Source of the DNA: Mycolicibacterium smegmatis
GTDB lineage: Bacteria; Actinomycetota; Actinomycetes; Mycobacteriales; Mycobacteriaceae
DNA: 32,000 nucleotides
Assembly (NCBI RefSeq): GCF_001457595.1
Contig: NZ_LN831039.1
Coordinates: forward strand, 4,410,001 to 4,442,000
Direction: 5' to 3'
Program-made: the position numbers and the translations under genes
In this document: piece after piece, positions 10,013-17,706 of the stretch
Numbering within the stretch: position 1 is the stretch's first letter
How the letters are laid out: every line of letters starts with the position of its first letter
The notes under the pieces: model-generated
Database searches by the model: none
The model's input: only the letters and a program-made list of their open reading frames with translations
What the model was told of the DNA's origin: nothing

Positions 10013-10142
10013 GACCGGTTGGATGCGACCGTCGCCGATCAGCAGCGAGAACGCGGCCGTCTCGAAGATGCTGACGCCGTTGTGGGTTCCCGCCAAACCG
10101 GCCACCGCTGCGAACGGGCGATCCGATGAGCAAGGGCAGCAT
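9896..10142 (-). pseudogene. AzlD-like small membrane protein remnant (possible frameshifted pseudogene)
   Basis: The minus-strand frame ending at 9896 gives ...PFAAVAGLAGTHNGVSIFETAAFSLLIGDGRIQPVSPATLAGAAALVVSLRWKNLTLSIISGLVAYACLDLVM, whose C-terminus resembles AzlD family proteins. There is no in-frame start. A neighbouring frame gives ...ALRSGCVAMLPLLIGS just upstream, which suggests a frameshift near 10118-10125. No azlC partner is present. Confidence 0.3.
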
Positions 10143-10245
10143 CGCCACGCATCCGGAGCGCAGTGCGCCCCCTGGCCGTCCCACTGGTGCCGCTTCTCCC
10201 CTCGCCTCTGCCATCCCACACGCGTACCGGGGCGGCAGAGAACTT

Positions 10246-11802
10246 TCAGCCGATCCTGGCGAGCACCTCCGTCGCCGCGGCGAGTGCACGCTCGCGGTCC
10301 TCGGTGACCAGTCCGATGCGGGTGCGCCGGTCGAGGATGTCGTCGACGGTCATCGCGCCCTCGTGCGTCACGGCGTACTCGAATTCGGCTCGTGTGACGT
10401 CGATTCCGTCGGCCACCGGTTCGACCGGACGCGCACACGTCGCCTGGGCGATGACGTTGTGCGCCTCGGCGCCGTAGCGCGCCACCAGAGATCCGGGGAG
10501 TTCGACCTGCGCGCGCAGCGTGGTCACCGGGTTCGCGGGTGCACCGACGAGCGGCAGGTTGCGCGTGCGGCACTCCCCCGCGTCGAGCCCACGCAGTGCG
10601 ACCGCACGGTCCAGCACGTCCTCTGCCATGTACCGGTATTCGGTGAGTTTGCCGCCGACCACGCTCAGCACACCGTCGGGCGATTCGACCACGGCGTGCT
10701 CGCGCGACAGGTCTGCGGTGCGGCCTTCGCCCGCGTCGATCAGCGGGCGCAGCCCTGCGTAGGTGCCGCGCACATCGGCGGGCGTCAGCGTGGTGGCCAG
10801 TGCGGTGTTGACGGTGTCGAGCAGAAACGAGATCTCGGCCGGGGTGGCCTGCGGCACATCGGGTATCGGCCCTGGCGCGTCCTCGTCGGTGAGTCCCAGG
10901 TAGATACGGCCGAGTTGTTCGGGCATCGCGAACACGAACCGGTTGAGCTCACCGGGGATCGGAATGGTCAGCGCCGCAGTGGGGTTGCCGAACGCGGCGG
11001 CGTCGAACACCAGGTGTGTGCCGCGACTGGGACGCAGCCTGATCGTCGGGTCCACCTGGCCCGCCCACACCCCGGCAGCGTTGATCACCACGCGTGCGCG
11101 CACGTCGAAAGACGACCCGGTGCGGTGGTCGGTGAGCCGCACCGACTCCTCGGTCGCGTGATCGGCGGATACACGGGTGAGGATGCGTGCGCCGTGCTGG
11201 GCCGCGGTGCGGGCCACCGCGACCACCAGGCGCGCGTCGTCGACCAGTTGGCCGTCGTAGGCGAGGAAACCACCCTCGAGGCCGTCGGTGCGGACGGTGG
11301 GGGCCATCGCCACGGCACGCGCGGCGTCGATGCGGCGCGAGCGTGGCAGTGTGGCGGCGCTGGTGCCCGCGAGCTTGCGCAGACCGTCGCCGGCGAGGAA
11401 TCCGGTGCGGATCAACGCTCGGGATGCCCGGTTCATCGACGGCAACAGCGGCACGAGCTGCGGCATGGCCTTGACGAGGTGAGGGGCGTTGCGGCCCATG
11501 AGGATTCCGCGTTCGACGGCGCTGCGGCGGGCGATGCCGACGTTGCCGGTCGCGAGGTAGCGCAGACCGCCGTGTACCAGCTTGGAGCTCCAGCGGCTTG
11601 TGCCGAACGCCAGGTCGTGTTTCTCGACCAGCGCGACGCGCAGCCCGCGGGTCGCGGCATCCAGCGCGATGCCGGCACCGGTGATGCCTCCCCCGATCAC
11701 CAGGACGTCGACGTGTTCTCCGGCGGCGAGCGTGTCGAGTTCGGCGGCGCGCCGTTCGGCGTTCAGCGCCGTGCGGCTCGCAGCGCCCTGCGACGCGGTC
11801 AC
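10246..11802 (-). CDS. glpD: FAD-dependent glycerol-3-phosphate dehydrogenase
   Basis: FAD dinucleotide motif DVLVIGGGITGAGIALDAATRG and GlpD-like length and sequence. The start is placed at GTG 11802 (VTASQG...), giving ~518 aa and overlapping the upstream TetR stop (GTGA). The ORF-track start at 11916 would overlap TetR by 118 nt. Confidence 0.9.
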   Translation of the reverse strand: MTASQGAASRTALNAERRAAELDTLAAGEHVDVLVIGGGITGAGIALDAATRGLRVALVEKHDLAFGTSRWSSKLVHGGLRYLATGNVGIARRSAVERGILMGRNAPHLVKAMPQLVPLLPSMNRASRALIRTGFLAGDGLRKLAGTSAATLPRSRRIDAARAVAMAPTVRTDGLEGGFLAYDGQLVDDARLVVAVARTAAQHGARILTRVSADHATEESVRLTDHRTGSSFDVRARVVINAAGVWAGQVDPTIRLRPSRGTHLVFDAAAFGNPTAALTIPIPGELNRFVFAMPEQLGRIYLGLTDEDAPGPIPDVPQATPAEISFLLDTVNTALATTLTPADVRGTYAGLRPLIDAGEGRTADLSREHAVVESPDGVLSVVGGKLTEYRYMAEDVLDRAVALRGLDAGECRTRNLPLVGAPANPVTTLRAQVELPGSLVARYGAEAHNVIAQATCARPVEPVADGIDVTRAEFEYAVTHEGAMTVDDILDRRTRIGLVTEDRERALAAATEVLARIG

Positions 11803-12383
11803 GGCTTGAGGTATCCGTTCAGCGAGTACGCCAACTCCCGTGCGAGCGCGTCGGCGTCGAGGATGGGCGCAACCATCTGCGCGGACTGGATGGCCGACTG
11901 CGTGATCAGCAGGCACATGGTGGCCAGCTGGCGCGCATCCCCGGCGCGCACGCTGCCGCCCTCCTGGGCGATCTTGATCTCCCCGGCGACCGCGTCGATG
12001 AGGATCTGCTGGCTGGTGCCCAGGCGCTCGGCGATGTAGACCATCGCGACGTCCGGCGCGGTGTGCAGCACGGCCATGATCACCTCGTCGTGGCGCAGGC
12101 GCTCGGCCACCGCGACGATGCGGCGCACGAGTGCCTCCCGCCCCCGCGCATCCGATTCGACCTCGTCGAGCACGCGCACGATCCGGGCCGTGAGCAGCGC
12201 CGCGAGTATCGACCGCGTATCGGGGAAGCGTCGATAGACGGTGGGTCTGCTGACGCCGGCACGTCGCGCGATCTCGGCCAGTGTCACGCGGTCGACGCCG
12301 AACGCCATCACGCAGCTGGCCGCGGCCTCGAGAATCCGCTCGCCGAGCGATTCACCCGCATCGTCGTTACTGATTGACACCAT
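11799..12383 (-). CDS. TetR-family transcriptional regulator
   Basis: TetR HTH VTLAEIARRAGVSRPTVYRRF. The start is taken at ATG 12383 (MVSISNDDAGE...), Met44 of the track ORF, giving 194 aa. From memory it is syntenic with Rv2250c upstream of glpD1. Confidence 0.85.
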   Translation of the reverse strand: MVSISNDDAGESLGERILEAAASCVMAFGVDRVTLAEIARRAGVSRPTVYRRFPDTRSILAALLTARIVRVLDEVESDARGREALVRRIVAVAERLRHDEVIMAVLHTAPDVAMVYIAERLGTSQQILIDAVAGEIKIAQEGGSVRAGDARQLATMCLLITQSAIQSAQMVAPILDADALARELAYSLNGYLKP

Positions 12384-12427
12384 GTGTAATACTGTAACGC
12401 ATGACGCGACCCGCCGAGCGGTTACTG
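12366..12427. promoter_or_regulatory. Divergent promoter / candidate TetR operator region
   Basis: Imperfect dyad GTTACTGATTGACA (12366-12379) / TGTAATACTGTAAC (12385-12398), matching at 10 of 14 positions. A third GTTACTG lies at 12421-12427. Overlapping TANNNT hexamers sit on both strands (TACTGT at 12390-12395 on plus, TACAGT at 12396-12391 on minus), 5-7 nt from the two start codons, consistent with leaderless divergent transcripts. Confidence 0.4.
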
Positions 12428-14011
12428 CCCCCGATGAAGTGGAACGCCTGGGGTGACCCGCAGGCGGCCAAGCCGCTGTCCGACGGCATCCGGGCCCTGC
12501 TGCAGCAGGCACTGGGGGTCACCGACTCCCCCGCGCAGATCTCGCCCGAAGACATCACGCTGCGCCCCTCGGCGCTCACCGCCGCGGACCGCGACGCGTT
12601 GGCCGCCGTCGTCGGCGAGCAGTACTGCCGCACCGACGACACCGCGCGCCTGCTGCACGCGGGTGGCAAGTCGACGCTGGATCTCCTGCGCCGCAACACT
12701 TCCGGCGTCCAGGACGCACCCGATGCGATCCTGCTGCCCGGCGACGAGGACGCCGTGGCCGCGATCCTGCGGTACTGCACCGAGCACCGCATCGCGATCG
12801 TCCCGTTCGGCGGCGGCACCAGCGTCGTCGGCGGCCTCGATCCGCTGCGCGGCGAATTCGGCGCCGTGGTCTCACTGGACCTGCGTCGCCTCGACGCCCT
12901 GCACCACCTCGACGAGATCTCGGGTGAAGCCGAACTCGGCGCGGGCGTGACGGGCCCGCAGGCCGAGGAACTGCTCGGCGCGCATGGCTTCTCGCTCGGG
13001 CATTTCCCGCAGAGCTTCCAGTTCGCCACCATCGGCGGGTTCGCGGCGACACGGTCGTCGGGCCAGAACTCCGCGGGGTACGGCCGGTTCGACGACATGG
13101 TCCGTGGACTGCGCGCGGTGACCCCTGCCGGTGTGCTCGACCTCGGCCGCGCGCCGGCCTCGGCAGCAGGCCCGGATCTGCGCCAACTGCTGCTCGGGTC
13201 CGAGGGCGTGTTCGGCGTCATCACCCGGGTGCGGGTGCGCGTGCACCCGGTGCCAGAGTCGACGCGGTACGAGGCGTGGTCGTTCCCCGATTTCGCCACG
13301 GGCGCAGACGCATTGCGCGCCGTGGTGCAGACCGGCACCGGCCCGACGGTGATCCGCCTGTCCGACGAGGCCGAGACCGGCGTCAACCTCGCCACCACGG
13401 ACAACATCGGCGAGCAGTCGATCACAGGCGGATGCCTGGCAGTCACGGTGTTCGAGGGATCCCCCGAACACACCGCCAGCAGGCACGCCGAGACCCGCGC
13501 CCTGCTCGAACGCCTCGGCGGCACCTCGCTGGGCGAGGTCCCCGCCAGGGCGTGGGAACACGGGCGGTTCGGGGCGCCCTATCTGCGCGATTCCTTGCTG
13601 GCCGCGGGAGCGTTGTGCGAGACCCTGGAGACCGCCACCAACTGGTCCAATGTCGCGGCGCTCAAAACCGCTGTGACAGAAGCGCTGACGGCGACCCTTG
13701 CCGAATCCGGGACGCAGGCACTGGTGCTGTGCCACATTTCGCATGTGTACCCGACAGGCGCGTCGTTGTATTTCACCGTCGTCGCCGCACAGCGCGGCGA
13801 CGCCGCCGAACAGTGGCGCAAGGCGAAAACCGCGGCCTCCGAGGCCATGGTGCGCAACGGCGCAACCATCACACACCACCACGCGGTCGGCGCCGATCAC
13901 CGCCCGTGGATGACCGAAGAGGTCGGCGATCTCGGCGTCGCGGTGCTGCGCGCGGTCAAGGCCACATTGGACCCCGCCGGAATCCTCAACCCGGGCAAGC
14001 TGATTCCGTGA
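12401..14011 (+). CDS. FAD-linked oxidase, alkyl-dihydroxyacetonephosphate synthase-like flavoprotein
   Basis: MKWNAWG N-terminal motif typical of AGPS-like proteins and an FAD_binding_4-type segment (IVPFGGGTSVVGG). From memory it is syntenic with Rv2251. The alternative start is ATG 12434. Confidence 0.85.
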   Translation: MTRPAERLLPPMKWNAWGDPQAAKPLSDGIRALLQQALGVTDSPAQISPEDITLRPSALTAADRDALAAVVGEQYCRTDDTARLLHAGGKSTLDLLRRNTSGVQDAPDAILLPGDEDAVAAILRYCTEHRIAIVPFGGGTSVVGGLDPLRGEFGAVVSLDLRRLDALHHLDEISGEAELGAGVTGPQAEELLGAHGFSLGHFPQSFQFATIGGFAATRSSGQNSAGYGRFDDMVRGLRAVTPAGVLDLGRAPASAAGPDLRQLLLGSEGVFGVITRVRVRVHPVPESTRYEAWSFPDFATGADALRAVVQTGTGPTVIRLSDEAETGVNLATTDNIGEQSITGGCLAVTVFEGSPEHTASRHAETRALLERLGGTSLGEVPARAWEHGRFGAPYLRDSLLAAGALCETLETATNWSNVAALKTAVTEALTATLAESGTQALVLCHISHVYPTGASLYFTVVAAQRGDAAEQWRKAKTAASEAMVRNGATITHHHAVGADHRPWMTEEVGDLGVAVLRAVKATLDPAGILNPGKLIP

Positions 14012-14910
14012 CCGGCCGCGTCACCGTCCTGACCAATCCGATGTCGGGGCACGGCAACGCGCCGCACGCCGCCGAACGTGCCGTGGTGCGACTTCAGCAG
14101 CGCGGTGTCGACGTCACCGCGATCGTGGGCCGCGACGCCAGACACGCCCGTGAACTCGTGCGCGAGCATCTCGACCGCGGCACCGACGCGCTCGTGGTGG
14201 TCGGCGGTGACGGCGTGATCGGTTTGGCGCTGCAGGAGTTGGCGGGCACCGATGTTCCGCTGGGTATCGTCCCGGCGGGCACAGGTAACGACCACGCCCG
14301 CGAATACCGCATCCCCACCGGCGATCCCGAGGCCGCGGCCGACGTCATCGCCGACGGGCACACCCGCACCGTTGACCTGGGCCGCATCGACGCCGACGAC
14401 GGCACCCGCCGGTGGTTCGGCACGGTCGTCGCCACCGGGTTCGACTCACTGGTCAGCGACCGCGCCAACCGGATGTCCTGGCCGCACGGACGAATGCGTT
14501 ACAACCTCGCGATGGTGGCCGAGCTGTCGAAGCTGCGGCTCCTGCCGTTCCGGCTGTCGTTCGACGGCGGGGATGCCGAGGACCACGCGCTCACCATGAC
14601 CGCGATCGGCAACACCCGCAGTTACGGCGGCGGAATGCTGATCTGCCCCGGCGCCGATCCCACCGACGGCCTGCTCGACATCACGATGATCGCCTCGGCC
14701 TCACGGTCACGCCTGATCCGGTTGTTCCCGACGGTCTTCAAGGGCACGCACGTGAACCTCGACACCGTCACCACCCGGCGCGCGAGAAGCGTGCGCGTCG
14801 AATGCCCGGGTATCAACGCCTACGCCGACGGGGATTTCGCGGCGCCACTGCCCGCCACTATCACCGCGGTCCCCGGGGCGCTGAAGATTTTGACGTCAGC
14901 CCCCGGCTGA
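14008..14910 (+). CDS. dagK: Diacylglycerol kinase-family lipid kinase
   Basis: The DAGK catalytic-domain N-terminus (VLTNPMSGHG) and the GGDG motif (VVVGGDGVIG) are present. The GTG start at 14008 overlaps the upstream stop (GTGA), and the ORF-track start at 13276 is an out-of-context extension. From memory it is syntenic with Rv2252. Confidence 0.85.
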   Translation: MTGRVTVLTNPMSGHGNAPHAAERAVVRLQQRGVDVTAIVGRDARHARELVREHLDRGTDALVVVGGDGVIGLALQELAGTDVPLGIVPAGTGNDHAREYRIPTGDPEAAADVIADGHTRTVDLGRIDADDGTRRWFGTVVATGFDSLVSDRANRMSWPHGRMRYNLAMVAELSKLRLLPFRLSFDGGDAEDHALTMTAIGNTRSYGGGMLICPGADPTDGLLDITMIASASRSRLIRLFPTVFKGTHVNLDTVTTRRARSVRVECPGINAYADGDFAAPLPATITAVPGALKILTSAPG

Positions 14911-14918
14911 CGCGAGAG

Positions 14919-14963
14919 CGACGAAAACGTCGCCACACCACGCGTGCGGCGACGTTTTCGTCG
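14919..14963. terminator. Bidirectional terminator hairpin between convergent dagK and the DUF3145 gene
   Basis: Perfect 16-bp inverted repeat CGACGAAAACGTCGCC / GGCGACGTTTTCGTCG with a 13-nt loop. Confidence 0.75.
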
Positions 14964-14977
14964 ATCTCGGTGAAGTT

Positions 14978-15490
14978 CTAGCCCACGCCCCGGTTGAGCC
15001 AGGTCATCTCGCCGGTGTCGCCACCGTTGCGGAAGGGCTCCAGGGACTCGTCCCACGCGGTGCCGAGCACGGTGTCGAGTTCGGCCGCGAGCATGTCGGC
15101 GCCGCCTGCCATCAGCGAGCGCAGCCGCATCTCGCCGACCATCACGTCGCCGTTGGCGCTCATGACGCCGCTCCACAGGCCGAGCTGCGGGGTGTGGCAC
15201 CAACGGTGCCCGTCGACCCCCGCGCTGGGATCCTCGGTGACCTCGAACCTCAGCACGGACCAGGACCGCAGGGCGTTGGCCAACTGCGCTCCGGTGCCTA
15301 CCGGTCCAACCCAGTTGGTGACCGCGCGGAGTTGGCCGGGCATGGCCGGTTGCGGGGTCCACTTCAGGTTGGCCCTCGCCGACAGGGTCGACGACAACGC
15401 CCACTCGACATGCGGGCATACCGCCGCGGGTGAGGCATGGATGTACACCACACCTGTCGCCGCGTCGGCGAACTGATTCGACGCACGCAT
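14978..15490 (-). CDS. DUF3145-family conserved actinobacterial protein
   Basis: 170 aa. GVVYIHASPAAVCPHVEWAL ... LRFEVTEDP closely parallels the conserved DUF3145 N-terminus. A GAAGGAG RBS lies 6 nt upstream of the ATG. Confidence 0.8.
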   Translation of the reverse strand: MRASNQFADAATGVVYIHASPAAVCPHVEWALSSTLSARANLKWTPQPAMPGQLRAVTNWVGPVGTGAQLANALRSWSVLRFEVTEDPSAGVDGHRWCHTPQLGLWSGVMSANGDVMVGEMRLRSLMAGGADMLAAELDTVLGTAWDESLEPFRNGGDTGEMTWLNRGVG

Positions 15491-15613
15491 TTGCTACTCC
15501 TTCGGCTCCACGAGGGACGTCTTCCCCAACGGCCTTGCGAAACCGGTCGAGCAAGCAAACGACTATGCGTTGTGCCTTGCGTGTCTATTGTGCCTTGTGA
15601 GACGCATGTTGCG

Positions 15614-16447
15614 CTAGTGTGTCCCGATTTCTCTCAGCACACCATCAGAGATCGCCGGCCACAGCGGGTACGTCCAGTCCCCGAAGTCACGGTCGGTGAG
15701 CACCAAAAGGGCCAGGTCAGCGACCGGATCGACCCACAGGAACGTGCCGGATTGGCCGAAATGGCCGAACGTGCGCGGCGAGTTGCTCGACCCCGTCCAG
15801 TGCGGCGTCTTGCCGTCGCGGATCTCGAACCCCAGGCCCCAGTCATTCGGCCGCTGCGAGCCGAATCCCGGCAACACGCCGTTGACACCCGGGAACTGCA
15901 CGGAGGTGGCCTCGTCGTGCATCTGCTGGGAAACCAGCGCGGGTCGCAGCAGGTCACCGGCGAACCGCGCCAGGTCCGAGACGGTCGAGGTGACCCCGAA
16001 GCCCGCCGCGTCGGCACCGCCCAGCAACTTCGACGTCGACATCCCGAGCGGCTCGAACACGGCCTCGGTCAGATACCGGCCGAACTCGATCTCCGCGGCG
16101 TCCTCGATCGCATGCGCCAGCAACCCGAATCCGAAGTTCGAGTACACGCGCCGCTGCCCCACCTGCGCCACGGTGTCCGCGGAGTTCATCGCGACGCCGG
16201 AGGTGTGCGCCAGCAGGTGGCGCACCGTCGAGCCGTCGGGCCCGGCCGGGGTGTCGAGTTCGACGACGCCCTCCTCGATCGCGACCTGCGCCGCGCGTGC
16301 CACCAACAGCTTGGTCACCGACGCCAACGCGAAAGGTTTCGCGTCGTCGCCGTGGGTGGCCAGCACCCCGGACGGCCCGATCACCGCTGCGGCGGCCGTC
16401 GGCACCGGCCACTCGTCGATCACCTTCAGTGCTTCACTCACGCTCAC
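15614..16447 (-). CDS. Beta-lactamase-related serine hydrolase
   Basis: SxxK motif (SVTKLL) near the N-terminus and class C/esterase-like sequence. The start is set at GTG 16447 (VSVSEALK...), or 16441, because the longer ORF would overlap the upstream methyltransferase. Rv2257c-like. Confidence 0.8.
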   Translation of the reverse strand: MSVSEALKVIDEWPVPTAAAAVIGPSGVLATHGDDAKPFALASVTKLLVARAAQVAIEEGVVELDTPAGPDGSTVRHLLAHTSGVAMNSADTVAQVGQRRVYSNFGFGLLAHAIEDAAEIEFGRYLTEAVFEPLGMSTSKLLGGADAAGFGVTSTVSDLARFAGDLLRPALVSQQMHDEATSVQFPGVNGVLPGFGSQRPNDWGLGFEIRDGKTPHWTGSSNSPRTFGHFGQSGTFLWVDPVADLALLVLTDRDFGDWTYPLWPAISDGVLREIGTH

Positions 16448-16487
16448 CGCACTGGATGCTACTGGGCGCCAACGAGTGGCCGGGCGG

Positions 16488-17600
16488 TCACCGCTTGCGT
16501 GCGACGTAGTAGTAGTTGATGGGGTCGGTGTCGATCTCGCGGACGACGATGTCGTCGAACCCGGCGTCGGCCAGCATCGAAGTGGCGAGCTCACGCCCCC
16601 ACACCGTGCCCAGCCCGTCGCCGTCGAGGGCCAGCGACACGGTCATGCAGTGCAGTGTCGACACCGTGTACAGGTACGGCGCGAACGGCACGCCGATGTT
16701 GTTCTCCACGTGGGTCGACGCCTTGATGTCGACCATGAGGAACACCCCGCCCGGGCGCAGGGCCCGGTGGATGTTCTCCAGGACCCGCGCCGGATGCGCC
16801 TGGTCGTGGATGGCGTCGAACGCGGTGATGACGTCATAGGCCTCGGTCTCGTCGAGTTCGGCGACGTCACGCGCGATGAACGTGGCGTTGTCCAGGCCCA
16901 GACGCTGCGCCTCGTCGCGTCCGGTGGCCAGACCCTCCTCGGAGAAGTCGATGCCGGTGCACCGGCTGGCGGGAAAGGCCTGTGCGATCACGTTCACCGC
17001 ATGCCCGCTGCCGCAGCCGATGTCGGCCAGATCCGCTCCGGCCTGCAGGCGGTCGACGAGACCGCTGGCCATCGGCAGGATGACGTCGATCAGGGCGGCG
17101 TCGAACACCTCACCGCTCTGCTCGGCCATCAGCCGGTGAAAGCGCGGATATTCGCTGTAGGGCAGGCCGCCGCCGTGGCGGAAGCGGTCGACGATCTTCT
17201 GTTCGACCTCGGCCAGCAGGGGGATGAACTGTGCGACGCGCGCGAGGTTGTCGGGGCCGGCCGCGCGGGTCAGCATCGCGGCCCGGTGTTCAGGCAGGTG
17301 GTAGGTGCGCTCGTCGGGCGCGTACTCGATCACCTTCGCGGCGACCAGGCCGCCGAGCCACTCGCGTACGTAGCGTTCGTTGAGGCCGGCAGCGTCGGCG
17401 ATCTGGGTGCTGGTGGCCGGCGGCAGTGACCGCATGGTGTCGAACAGGCCGGTCTGGTGCCCGATCGACAACAGGATCGCCGTGCTGGCGCTGTCGAGGC
17501 ATTCGACCACGCGTGCGGCGAAGTCCTCGGTGGTGTCGGGGGTGGGTGAAGTGGTGGTTGACACGGTTACCTCGTCGAGGTTCACATCTAGCGTCGTCAT
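16488..17600 (-). CDS. Class I SAM-dependent methyltransferase with N-terminal winged-helix-like domain
   Basis: SAM motif I ([12 protein letters not shown]), post-I acidic residue (GIDFS) and motif II-like ([11 protein letters not shown]). Rv2258c-like in size and position. Confidence 0.85.
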   Translation of the reverse strand: MTTLDVNLDEVTVSTTTSPTPDTTEDFAARVVECLDSASTAILLSIGHQTGLFDTMRSLPPATSTQIADAAGLNERYVREWLGGLVAAKVIEYAPDERTYHLPEHRAAMLTRAAGPDNLARVAQFIPLLAEVEQKIVDRFRHGGGLPYSEYPRFHRLMAEQSGEVFDAALIDVILPMASGLVDRLQAGADLADIGCGSGHAVNVIAQAFPASRCTGIDFSEEGLATGRDEAQRLGLDNATFIARDVAELDETEAYDVITAFDAIHDQAHPARVLENIHRALRPGGVFLMVDIKASTHVENNIGVPFAPYLYTVSTLHCMTVSLALDGDGLGTVWGRELATSMLADAGFDDIVVREIDTDPINYYYVARKR

Positions 17601-17706
17601 GCCCGAGACGCTATGGCCGGGACGCCCACCCCGACATCGGCCGAATGATGCGTTCGTGCCGACGCGAGATGGCGTAAATGATGTACGGCCCTCGGATGTG
17701 CCCGGT

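Noticed and set aside
11803-11916. Longer N-terminal extensions offered by the ORF track (glpD from 11916, dagK from 13276, methyltransferase-like from 23567, TetR from 12512, serine hydrolase from 16594, SDR from 8967, MBL from 20467)
   Set aside because: The extensions overlap upstream genes, are Arg/Pro-rich, and precede the conserved N-terminal motifs. Internal ATG/GTG starts give family-typical lengths, RBS or GTGA coupling, and non-overlapping gene models.
10126-12039. 637-aa ORF on the plus strand
   Set aside because: It is antisense to glpD and the TetR gene, both supported by clear motifs. The composition is Arg/Gly/Ala/His-rich, with no domain signature.
15696-17429. 577-aa ORF on the plus strand
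   Set aside because: It is antisense to the serine hydrolase and the SAM methyltransferase, both of which have catalytic motifs. It has no motif of its own.
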